Below, in pieces: positions 7,470 through 15,783 of a DNA stretch of 64,000 nucleotides. This DNA comes from Tepidiformaceae bacterium. GTDB taxonomy: Bacteria > Chloroflexota > Dehalococcoidia > Tepidiformales > Tepidiformaceae. Positions within the stretch are counted from its first letter, which is position 1; each line of letters begins with the position of its first letter. Made by a program: the position numbers and the translations under genes. A model generated the notes under the pieces. The model was not told the origin of the DNA. It did no database searches and saw nothing but the letters and a program-made list of their open reading frames with translations. The stretch is taken from the NCBI GenBank assembly GCA_965207815.1, contig OZ242314.1, positions 591,234-655,233 of the forward strand. The letters run 5' to 3'.

Positions 7470-7471
7470 CA

Positions 7472-7514
7472 CCCGACCCTACCGTACCCGTGGGCACTTT
7501 GCGATATAGTCCCC
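7472..7514. repeat. Right terminal inverted repeat (IRR)
   Basis: Its reverse complement matches IRL at 3406-3448. Confidence 0.85.
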
Positions 7515-7522
7515 TTTGGAAA
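7515..7522. repeat. Target-site duplication TTTGGAAA (right copy)
   Basis: Identical to 3398-3405. Confidence 0.85.
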
Positions 7523-8523
7523 TACCAGTACAGGAGTCGGTCCCGCTCCCTTGCATCGGTAAGATGGCCGCCACGGGCGTCGATGTAACGAGCCATGATG
7601 GGGAGCGCGTATCGGCCAAAGAGGACGCGGTTGTGGTCTAGGCCCAGCCGTCCCCCGATCAGATTCAGCGCGTGATCGACGCTCTTTTCGGCTCTGGCAA
7701 GGCCGTCCTTAACCGCTTCCGTGGCCTCGTCGTGGAGGTACGCGAATCGAGCTTCACCGGTCACGATGGCGTTGACGTTGCGCAGCAGCCAGTCGAGGTT
7801 GAAGTCGTACCCGTTCTCGTGCCACCGAGACAGGATCGCTTGCATCTCCTCGCGCCCCTCCGGCCATGAGCCGCATATCTTGGCGAGCGCCAGATCGCCC
7901 TGGGACAGCTTGGTACCTCCGCTGTTGACTCGATTGAAGATGTCGACAACCACGTCGATCGTCTTGTCAGTGCCGGTCACCTCCTCGACGTGAAGGTCGA
8001 CCTGGCTAATACCGAGGATTCGGTTCAACCTTCCGAACATCGCACCGGTCTCGGCGGCAATATCGGGGTGCTGCGCTAGGCGTGTGATCTGCTCGCCAAC
8101 CCCGTCGTTCCCCTTCTGCATGAGTGCAGAGACATCGATCCAGAGGGGGTCGTCCTGCATCACAGAGGGCTGGTAGAACCGAAACTCCTCGTTACCGAGA
8201 TGGAAGTACAGTCCGCTGAACGCCCTCTCGCTGCCATCGAAAAAGGTCGGCGGCTTGCCCCGGATGATTCCGTAGAGGGAGGTTATCCGCTGCTGGCCAT
8301 CCAGGAGTAGCCGTACCACCCCTGGTGCAAGATCGTGCTCTCCACGATGGCTGACCCCGTCGGCAGGCGTGACCCACACCAGAAGGCTCCCCACAGGGTG
8401 TCGATGGTAGAGGGAATCCATCAACCCCCTGACCTGGTCGCGATTCCAGACATAACCACGCTGAAACTTCGGCAGCGCCATGTAGCCACTGTCGATGTGA
8501 TTGAGAATGTCCGAGACTTGCAT
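7515..8523 (-). pseudogene. GmrSD-like type IV restriction enzyme, N-terminal fragment (DUF262/ParB-like NTPase half)
   Basis: MQVSDILNHIDSGYMALPKFQRGYVWNRDQVRGLMDSLYHRHPVGSLLVW is the DUF262 signature. ORF 7456..8523 runs into IRR and picks up a 19-aa foreign tail, RGLYRKVPTGTVGSGDGHS. Confidence 0.8.
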
Positions 8524-8540
8524 GGCTGGGCCCCTCAGTT

Positions 8541-8558
8541 CCTACCACTGATCCCAGT
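8541..8558. repeat. Direct repeat copy B (CCTACCACTGATCCCAGT); its partner is at 2407-2424
   Basis: This copy covers the last codons and the stop of the nitroreductase gene. See 2407-2424. Confidence 0.55.
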
Positions 8559-9165
8559 GGACGGTCTCCTCGACCGGCAGCCGCGAGACCGGCCCGAAGT
8601 TTCCCATCGGGTAGCCGACCGGGAGCAGGCAGTACGCCTCGACCGTGTCCGGCAGCCCCAGGATCTCCTTCACCCGTGCGCGGTCGCGCAGACCCAGGGT
8701 CGTCGGCGTCGCCCCCAGCCCGAGGGCGCGCGCTGCCAGCAGCACGTTCTGGACCGCCGGCCAGACGTAGCCTCCGCCGCCCGCCCGCGCCGCGTCCGAC
8801 TGCGGCTCCGGGAACTCCAGGCAGGCGATCACGAGCGCCGGGATCTCGTGCATGTGCTCCATCTGCCAGATCACCGCCTCCCGCATCCGGTCGCGCTTGG
8901 CCTGCGACTGGTGCGGCAGTTCCACGACCGGGTCCGCCGCCATGTAGGCGGTGATGTGCTTGCGGTTCTCCTCCGCCAGCAGGCGCTTCGTCTCCGGGTC
9001 GCGGACGACCACCCAGCGCACGTTCTGCACGTTCGAGCCGGTGGGCGCCTGGTTTCCTGACTCCACCAGCTTCCGTAGCAGCTCCTCCGGAACCGGGTCC
9101 GGCTTGATCCGCCGCATCGCGCGGCAGCTGAACATAACCTCAAACAGGCCCAATTCCTCGGACAT
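8542..9165 (-). CDS. Nitroreductase family protein
   Basis: CRAMRRIKPDPVPEELLRKLVESGNQAPTGSNVQNVRWVVV and the overall length are typical of the nitroreductase fold. Confidence 0.85.
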   Translation of the reverse strand: MSEELGLFEVMFSCRAMRRIKPDPVPEELLRKLVESGNQAPTGSNVQNVRWVVVRDPETKRLLAEENRKHITAYMAADPVVELPHQSQAKRDRMREAVIWQMEHMHEIPALVIACLEFPEPQSDAARAGGGGYVWPAVQNVLLAARALGLGATPTTLGLRDRARVKEILGLPDTVEAYCLLPVGYPMGNFGPVSRLPVEETVHWDQW

Positions 9166-9233
9166 GGCGCCCTCCCTGTCACCTCTCGCGTGTGTCCGTG
9201 CGAGACTACGCGACCCAGCACTGGAGGCTACCC

Positions 9234-10013
9234 ATGCCCGACCTGCTCTACGAGAAGCGCGACCAGTTCGCCGTCTTCACCATGAACCGCCCGGAACGCC
9301 TCAACGCCCTCGGCGGCACGATGATGGACGACCTCACCGAGGCCCTCCGCGACTTCAATGACGACCCTGAGATGCGCGCCGGCATCCTCACCGGCACGGG
9401 CCGCGCCTTCAGCGCCGGCGCCGACCTGAAGGAGATGAACCAGCGCAACGTCGACCGTGGCGACAACGCTGCCCCCATCCGCACCTTCGACCCCGCCAGC
9501 AGCCTCCCCTTCTCCCGCTCCCCCAAGCCGTTCATCGCCGCCATCAACGGGCTCTGTATCGCCGGTGGCCTCGAGCGCGCCCTCGACTGCGACATCCGCA
9601 TCTGCTCGACGGAGGCATTCTTCGGCCTCTTCGAGGTGAAGCGCGGCATCCTCGCCGGCTACGCCATCCACCACCTCGCCCGCCTCATCCCCTTCAGTGA
9701 CGCCATGTACATCCTTCTCACCGGCGACCGCGTCGAGCCCGACGACGCCCTCCGCATGGGCCTCGTGCGGGAGGTGCTCGACCCCGACGAGCTGATGCCC
9801 CGGGCCGAGGCCATCGCCGGCATGATCGCCGCGAACGCACCCCTCTCCGTCGAGGGCAGCAAGTTCATGGCCCAGCAGTGGCGGCAGCTCATGATCGACG
9901 AGTCCTACCGCACCGGCGAGTGGGTCAGCCGGGCCGTCCTCAACTCCGAAGACGCCAAGGAAGGCCCCCGCGCCTTCTCCGAGAAGCGCCCGGCCCGCTG
10001 GCAGGGCCGCTAG
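9234..10013 (+). CDS. Enoyl-CoA hydratase/isomerase (crotonase) family
   Basis: FTMNRPERLNAL, GRAFSAGADLKE and AAINGLCIAGGLE motifs. The start was set to ATG 9234, which follows GGAGG. Confidence 0.9.
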   Translation: MPDLLYEKRDQFAVFTMNRPERLNALGGTMMDDLTEALRDFNDDPEMRAGILTGTGRAFSAGADLKEMNQRNVDRGDNAAPIRTFDPASSLPFSRSPKPFIAAINGLCIAGGLERALDCDIRICSTEAFFGLFEVKRGILAGYAIHHLARLIPFSDAMYILLTGDRVEPDDALRMGLVREVLDPDELMPRAEAIAGMIAANAPLSVEGSKFMAQQWRQLMIDESYRTGEWVSRAVLNSEDAKEGPRAFSEKRPARWQGR

Positions 10014-10031
10014 CACAAGGAGCACCCCGCG

Positions 10032-11084
10032 ATGACCTCGAACGAAGCATCCCTGCGCGTCGGCCTCATCGGAGCCGGCGGCAACATGAAGCTGCGCCAC
10101 ATTCCCGGCTTCCAGGAGACGGGCGAGGTCGAGCTCGTCTCCGTCTGCAACCGCAGCGAGGCCAGCGGACGCGCCATCGCCGAGGAGTACGGCATTCCAC
10201 GCGTCGAGCCGGATCCCGCCACCCTCCTGGCCGCCGACGACATCGACGCCGTCTGCATTGGCACCTGGCCGTACATGCACCGCGATCTGACCATCGCCGC
10301 CCTCGAAGCGGGCAAGCACGTCCTCTGCGAGGCGCGCATGGCTATGAACGCCACCGAGGCCCGCGAGATGCTCGCGGCCTCCGAAGCTCGCCCCGACCTC
10401 GTCGCCCAGCTCGTCCCCGCCCCCTTCGACTTCAAGAGCTGGCGAACCGTTCGCCGCCTCCTCGAGGACGACTCCATCGGCGACGTGCGCGATGTGCACG
10501 TCACCGTCCTCGGCGGCGCGTCGCTCAATCTCGACGCACCCCTCCACTGGCGCGACCGCACCGACCTCTCCGGCATGAACGTGATGGCCTACGGCATCTA
10601 CACCGAGATCGTCGCCCGCTGGTTCGGTCCTACCGGATCTGTCCTCGCCCACGGCGCGACGTTCGTCCGCGAGCGCACGAACGCCGAAACCGGCGAGCGC
10701 ACCGCTATCGAGGTGCCCGACAGCCTCGGTGTCTTCGCAGAACTGGAGCGTGGCGGCCGCGTGACCTACCGGGTTTCCACCGTCCTCCACGCCGCCCCGC
10801 CCGAGGCGAACGGCATCTCCGTCTATGGCTCGGCGGGAACCCTCCACTGGCGTCTCGGCGACACGATGACCTTTGCCCCCCTGGGCGAGGAGCCCGCCCC
10901 CCTCGACCCCGACCCGGGCACAGCCGGCGGCTGGCGCGTCGAGCAGGACTTCGTCGACTCCATCCGCCGGGGCGCCCCCGTCACCCTCACCAGCTTCCCC
11001 GACGGCGTCCAGTACATGAGCGTCATCGAGGCCACCCACCGCAGCCGCACCGAAGGCCGCGCCGTCCCCCTCTCCGAGGTCTAG
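10032..11084 (+). CDS. Gfo/Idh/MocA family oxidoreductase
   Basis: The N-terminal Rossmann motif VGLIGAGGNMKLRHIPGF and the EARMA (EKP-like) region. Confidence 0.9.
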   Translation: MTSNEASLRVGLIGAGGNMKLRHIPGFQETGEVELVSVCNRSEASGRAIAEEYGIPRVEPDPATLLAADDIDAVCIGTWPYMHRDLTIAALEAGKHVLCEARMAMNATEAREMLAASEARPDLVAQLVPAPFDFKSWRTVRRLLEDDSIGDVRDVHVTVLGGASLNLDAPLHWRDRTDLSGMNVMAYGIYTEIVARWFGPTGSVLAHGATFVRERTNAETGERTAIEVPDSLGVFAELERGGRVTYRVSTVLHAAPPEANGISVYGSAGTLHWRLGDTMTFAPLGEEPAPLDPDPGTAGGWRVEQDFVDSIRRGAPVTLTSFPDGVQYMSVIEATHRSRTEGRAVPLSEV

Positions 11085-11170
11085 CGGCCGCGCTCGGCTG
11101 GATGTTTCCTCTGGGGTAGGCTCGAACGCGCGCGTGAGCGGCCCTCCACGCGCCCCGAGGCTCGACGTTC

Positions 11171-12745
11171 ATGTTCTTTGCCGGCGCCGCCGCCAAGTCT
11201 TTCGGAGCGCGAGACGTTATTCGCGACCTCTCGTTCGTCGTCAGCGACGGGGAACGGGTGGGGCTCGTCGGGCCGAACGGTGCGGGCAAGTCGACCGTCC
11301 TCAAGCTGCTGGCGGGCGAGCTCGAGCCGGACGAGGGCGAGGCCGGCTTCCGCGGCGGTCGCCTCGGCTACCTCCACCAGGAAACCGGTCTCACCTCGGA
11401 GCTGACCCTCGTCGCCGAGATGTGGCGGGCCTTCCCCGACGCCACCGCGATCGAGCACGAGCTCACCGAGGTCGCGCACGCCATCGAGAGCGCCGCCGGC
11501 GGCGCCCTCGACTCGCTCATCGAGCGGCAGGCCCAGCTCTTCGACGAGTTCGAGGCCGTCGACGGCTACCGCATCGAGGCACGCATCGGGCGCGTGCTCG
11601 ATGGGCTCGGGTTCAGCACGGAGGATCGCGCGAGGCCCTGCGGCGACTTCAGTGGCGGCTGGCAGATGCGCGTAGCGCTCGCGCAGGCGCTCGTCCGCCG
11701 TCCCGAGAACCTGCTCCTCGACGAACCCACCAATCATCTCGACGGCGCCGCCCGCGACTGGCTGGCCGGAGAGCTCAGCGAGTACACCGGTTCACTCATC
11801 ATCGTCACGCACGACGGCCCCTTCCTCGACCAGGTCGCGGGACGCATCCTCGACCTGCGCGACGGCGTGGTCACGTCGTACACCGGGAACTACAGCGACT
11901 ACCAGCAGCAAAAGGCCGCCAGGCTCAAGGCCCAGGACCGCGCCGCCGCCCGCCAGGAGCGTGAGATCGCCCGGCAGGAGCGCTTCATCGAACGCTTCCG
12001 GGCGAAGGCCACGAAGGCCTCCGCCGTGCGCAGCCGCGAGCTCCAGGTGTCGAAGATCGAGCGCATTGAACGCACCCGCAAGGAGGAGGCCGTCTCCTTC
12101 AGCCTCGAGTCCTCGGGCCGCACCGAACGCGATGTACTCCTGTGCAGCGGCGTCTCCCACGCCTACGACGACCACCTCGTTCTGCTCGACATCGACCTGC
12201 ACGTCGAGCGCTCGCAGAAAGTCGTGCTCGTGGGCCCGAACGGGAGCGGCAAGAGCACGCTCCTCAAGATCGCCTCGGGCGACATCCGCCCGAGCGAGGG
12301 TGTCGTCGAGTGGGCTCCGCGCGCCATCCCCGCCTACTACGACCAGCACCAGGATGAAGCGCTCGACCCCGAGCGCACCGTTCTCGAAGAGGTTTCCGCG
12401 GCCGCCCCCGGAGCGCCCGAGGTGCGGCTGCGCTCGATTCTCGGCCAGTTTCTCTTGCGCGGCGACGCCGTCTTCAAGCGCGTGGCTGTCCTTTCCGGGG
12501 GCGAACGCAGCCGCGTCGCCCTCGCCAAGCTCCTCCTCAGGCCCGCCAACGTCCTCCTCCTCGACGAGCCGACCAACCACCTCGACCGCACCACCCGCCG
12601 CAAGCTGATCGAGGCCCTTGAGCGTTACGACGGCACCCTGCTCTGCGCGAGCCACGACCCCGCCCTCGTCGAGCGTGTCGCCACCCGCGTCTACGAGGTC
12701 GCCGATTGCGACATCCGCGAAGTGCTGGAGCACCGCAAGGACTAG
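11171..12745 (+). CDS. ABC-F family ATPase with two ABC domains and no TMD
   Basis: Two Walker A motifs (GPNGAGKST and GPNGSGKST), two signature motifs (FSGGWQMR and LSGGERSR) and an inter-domain coiled linker. Confidence 0.9.
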   Translation: MFFAGAAAKSFGARDVIRDLSFVVSDGERVGLVGPNGAGKSTVLKLLAGELEPDEGEAGFRGGRLGYLHQETGLTSELTLVAEMWRAFPDATAIEHELTEVAHAIESAAGGALDSLIERQAQLFDEFEAVDGYRIEARIGRVLDGLGFSTEDRARPCGDFSGGWQMRVALAQALVRRPENLLLDEPTNHLDGAARDWLAGELSEYTGSLIIVTHDGPFLDQVAGRILDLRDGVVTSYTGNYSDYQQQKAARLKAQDRAAARQEREIARQERFIERFRAKATKASAVRSRELQVSKIERIERTRKEEAVSFSLESSGRTERDVLLCSGVSHAYDDHLVLLDIDLHVERSQKVVLVGPNGSGKSTLLKIASGDIRPSEGVVEWAPRAIPAYYDQHQDEALDPERTVLEEVSAAAPGAPEVRLRSILGQFLLRGDAVFKRVAVLSGGERSRVALAKLLLRPANVLLLDEPTNHLDRTTRRKLIEALERYDGTLLCASHDPALVERVATRVYEVADCDIREVLEHRKD

Positions 12746-12811
12746 CCTCCCCCGGTCTCCCCGCCGCCCGTGTAAGGTTCCCCCGCGCCACCCACGCAGC
12801 GGAGGAAACCA

Positions 12812-14038
12812 ATGCCCGAGGCCATTCCCTTCACCGTCGCCGTCCCCGACGAGGCTATCGAGGACCTCCACCGGCGCATCGACAACACCCGCTTCGCCCC
12901 CGACTTCGCCAACGAGGACTGGCGCTTCGGCATGAACGGCGAGTATCTGCAGTCGTTCCTCCACTCCTGGCGCCACGAGTACGACTGGCGCGAGACCGAG
13001 GCCCGGATCAACTCGTTCAACAACTACCAGGTCGACTTCGATGGCGTGCCTCTCCACTTCATCCACGAGAAGGGGAAGGGCCCCAACCCCATGCCCCTCA
13101 TCCTCACCCACGGCTGGCCCTGGACCTTCTGGGACTTCGAGCAGGTCATCCGTCCCCTCACCGACCCCGCCGCCTACGGCGGCGACCCCGCCGACGCCTT
13201 CGACGTGGTCGTGCCCTCCCTTCCCGGCTTCGGCTTCTCCACGCCGCTCCGCGTCGACGGCCTCCAGACGAGCAAGGGCGTGGATATGTGGGCTGACCTC
13301 ATGACGAACGTCCTCGGCTACGACCGCTTCGCCGCCGCCGGCGGCGACTTCGGCGCGATGATGTCGGGCACCCTGGGCGCCCGCTATCCGGACCGGGTCC
13401 TGGGCGTCTACGTGACCCTGCCCTCCCTCCCCGCCCTCTCCGTCCCCGACAACGTCCCCGAGCCCGGCAGCACGAGCCAGCTGGTGGGCATGCTCATGGG
13501 TCCGGCGATGCGCACCAGCCCCGACGACTTCGCCCCCGAGGAGCGCCACCGCTACGGCGTCATGGAGGATCGCTGGAAGACCGCGCTGTCCCACATCGCC
13601 GTCCACACGACCGACCCGCAGACGCTCGCCTTCGCCCTGCACGACTCGCCCGCCGGGCTCGCCTCCTGGCTCGTCGAGCGCCGCCGCAACTGGAGCGACA
13701 ACGAGGGCAACGTGGAAGAGGCGTTCTCGCGCCAGTTTCTGCTCGACACGGTCAGCATCTACTGGTTCACCGAGAGCTTCGTCACGACCTCACGCTGGTA
13801 CTGGCACACCTTCCGCACGCCGCCGCAGGCCGTACCCGACCCGGAGGCCGCCCGGCAGGTGCCGTTCGGCATGCCCGTTTTCCCCAAGGAGATGATCTTC
13901 GTGCCCCGCGCCGCCGCGGAGGCCACGGCCAACGTGATCCACTGGACGGAGCATCCGCGCGGAGGCCACTTCGCCCCCTCCGAGGTCCCGGACGTCTTCA
14001 CCGACGACGTCCGCGCCTTCTTCCGCAAGCTCCGCTAG
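12812..14038 (+). CDS. Epoxide hydrolase (EH N-terminal domain plus alpha/beta hydrolase)
   Basis: FTVAVPDEAIEDLHRRIDNTRF..., HGWPWTFWDF and the C-terminal HWTEHPRGGHFAPSE. Confidence 0.9.
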   Translation: MPEAIPFTVAVPDEAIEDLHRRIDNTRFAPDFANEDWRFGMNGEYLQSFLHSWRHEYDWRETEARINSFNNYQVDFDGVPLHFIHEKGKGPNPMPLILTHGWPWTFWDFEQVIRPLTDPAAYGGDPADAFDVVVPSLPGFGFSTPLRVDGLQTSKGVDMWADLMTNVLGYDRFAAAGGDFGAMMSGTLGARYPDRVLGVYVTLPSLPALSVPDNVPEPGSTSQLVGMLMGPAMRTSPDDFAPEERHRYGVMEDRWKTALSHIAVHTTDPQTLAFALHDSPAGLASWLVERRRNWSDNEGNVEEAFSRQFLLDTVSIYWFTESFVTTSRWYWHTFRTPPQAVPDPEAARQVPFGMPVFPKEMIFVPRAAAEATANVIHWTEHPRGGHFAPSEVPDVFTDDVRAFFRKLR

Positions 14039-14045
14039 GGAGGGG

Positions 14046-14456
14046 TCAGGCGCGCCCCTCCACGAACGCGAGCACGTCGCCCGCAATCTCGAGCGCTCGC
14101 GCCGAGTCCGTCGCGTCGTAGGCCTCCGCCGGGATGCCCCCGGGGATGGTCGTCGGATAGCGGGAGCCGAGGTCGTATTTGTCCAGCAGGATCGCCATGG
14201 ACCGGATGGCCTCGAACGTCGGGTCGAACGCCACCGCATCCTCGCAAAGGTCGGCCAGCGCCCCGCCCCACACCGCCTCCGCCCCCTGTGCGAGCAGGAA
14301 CGCCGTGACCGCCTTTTCCGCGCACTGCTGCGCGAGGAAGCAGGCCAGCGCGTGCCGCCCCGCCTCCGCTACCAGCTGCCCGTCGGCCAGGTCGTGGCGC
14401 GACTGCGCGAGCCAGCGCGCCGCCTCACCCTCGCCGCTGCGGGGTGACTCAGGCAT
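14046..14456 (-). CDS. HEPN domain protein, putative toxin of a HEPN/MNT pair
   Basis: AARWLAQSRHDLADGQL...ACFLAQQCAEKAVTAFL...LGSRYP is HEPN-like. It overlaps the upstream MNT gene by 8 nt. Confidence 0.8.
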   Translation of the reverse strand: MPESPRSGEGEAARWLAQSRHDLADGQLVAEAGRHALACFLAQQCAEKAVTAFLLAQGAEAVWGGALADLCEDAVAFDPTFEAIRSMAILLDKYDLGSRYPTTIPGGIPAEAYDATDSARALEIAGDVLAFVEGRA

Positions 14457-14775
14457 TGTCCGCCAGCGCCCGACGCAGCACCGGGTCGTCCTCCGCCAAC
14501 CCTTCGAACTCGTCCGGCGTGTACACCCAGAAACGAGTCGCTACCCGCGGCTGCAGGTGCGAGACGAAAAAGTCCGCGCGCCGCCGGAACGGCTCGTCCG
14601 TCTCCCGCACGAGCACCAGGTCCAGCGCGCTCCCCACGTCCACCTCCCCCGTCGCGAGGTCGCCTGTCAGGTACGAACGCTCGACGCCCAGCATCGGCAG
14701 CTCTGCCGCCATGCGCTGCAACTCCGCCTCCAGCAGCTCGCGGCGGCGTTCGGCGAAGCCGATCATCACCGCCAT
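14449..14775 (-). CDS. Nucleotidyltransferase (MNT) domain protein, putative antitoxin
   Basis: YLTGDLATGEVDVGSALDLVLV matches the minimal NTase GSxxxG...DxD pattern. Confidence 0.8.
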   Translation of the reverse strand: MAVMIGFAERRRELLEAELQRMAAELPMLGVERSYLTGDLATGEVDVGSALDLVLVRETDEPFRRRADFFVSHLQPRVATRFWVYTPDEFEGLAEDDPVLRRALADNA

Positions 14776-14780
14776 CGGCG

Positions 14781-15773
14781 TCAGGTCGTGAACAGCGTCG
14801 GCGCGCTGAGCGGAGGCATGATCTCGTCCGGCTCGAGCACGTACGCCTCCTTCTCGTAGATCTGCACGCGGTGCGACCCGAGGTCCGGCACGTACAGGCG
14901 CCCTCGCCCATCGACACGCACCGAGCAGGGTGCTCGCAGCAGGCGCTGTTCCTCCAGATTCGACATCTCCCGCAGGCGCAGCGTCTTCTGGTTGGCGAGG
15001 ATGTACCGGCGCCCGATCGCCGAGAGCGTCGCGTCGCCCCGGAACTGCTGCACGTACCGTCCCGTGTGCGCGAACAGCTGCACGCGGTTGTTCCCACGGT
15101 CGGCCACGTAGATGTCGCCGTGCTCGTCGACCGCCACGCCCGAAGGCCGGTTGAACTCCCCGTTCCCGTCGCCGCTACTCCCGATGACGAGCAGCGGCTC
15201 GCCCTCGTCCGTCAGCTTCTGGACGCGGTCGTTGCGCCAGTCGGCCACGAACACGTCGCTTTCCTCGTCGACCGTCAGGCCCCAGGGCATGTCGAACTGC
15301 CCCGGCTCCGAGCCGTGGCTGCCCCACCCGCCAAGGTGTTGACCCTCCGGCGTGAAGCGCTGGATGCGGTGGTTCCCCGTATCGGCCACCAGTAGCCTCC
15401 CCTCCCTGTCGAAGGCGAGCCCCGACGGCCGATCGAGCTGTTCTGGCCCCGAGCCCTGCTCGCCCCACGTCCGCACGACCTCCCCCTCCGGCGTGAGCAC
15501 GGTAAGGGTGTGCTTGCCTTCGTCCGACACGTACAGATTTCCGTCCGGACCGCGCACGATGCACTGGGGCCAGAGGAAGCTCCCGATCGTGCCCAGGTCT
15601 TCGTCGGCCTGGCTCAGCCGCCGAACGCTCGCGCCAACCTCCGTGCGGCAGACGACGAACAGCACGTCGTCGTCGCCGAGCGCCAGGTCGGTTGGGTACG
15701 AGGTCACGCGGCGCATCCCCACCGTCCTCAGGTAGGGGAAGCCCGCTCGCAGCAGTGCATGCGCCTTTGGCAT
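14781..15773 (-). CDS. NHL-repeat beta-propeller protein
   Basis: Six repeats of the form P.GvavD..G.lyVaD.gNhRvq.f. Confidence 0.85.
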   Translation of the reverse strand: MPKAHALLRAGFPYLRTVGMRRVTSYPTDLALGDDDVLFVVCRTEVGASVRRLSQADEDLGTIGSFLWPQCIVRGPDGNLYVSDEGKHTLTVLTPEGEVVRTWGEQGSGPEQLDRPSGLAFDREGRLLVADTGNHRIQRFTPEGQHLGGWGSHGSEPGQFDMPWGLTVDEESDVFVADWRNDRVQKLTDEGEPLLVIGSSGDGNGEFNRPSGVAVDEHGDIYVADRGNNRVQLFAHTGRYVQQFRGDATLSAIGRRYILANQKTLRLREMSNLEEQRLLRAPCSVRVDGRGRLYVPDLGSHRVQIYEKEAYVLEPDEIMPPLSAPTLFTT

Positions 15774-15783
15774 CGCGAGACCC

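Larger units (their letters stand above)
3406..7514. mobile_element. IS1595-family cargo-carrying insertion element, 4109 bp
   Basis: Terminal inverted repeats at 3406-3448 and 7472-7514. Both read GGGGACTATATCGCAAAGTGCCCACGG, then 4 divergent nt, then GGTAGGGTCGGG. There is an 8-bp TSD and an internal IS1595-type transposase at 4489-5427. The element interrupts a recognisable ORF. Confidence 0.8.

Noticed and set aside
9228-11039. A 603-aa reverse-strand ORF spanning the crotonase and oxidoreductase genes.
   Set aside because: It is antisense to two ORFs with clear family motifs. Its product is low-complexity and rich in G, A, E, D and V, which is typical of stop-free antisense frames in high-GC DNA.
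11792-13642. A 616-aa reverse-strand ORF opposite the ABC-F and epoxide hydrolase genes.
   Set aside because: The same high-GC antisense artefact. It has no motifs and overlaps two well-supported genes.
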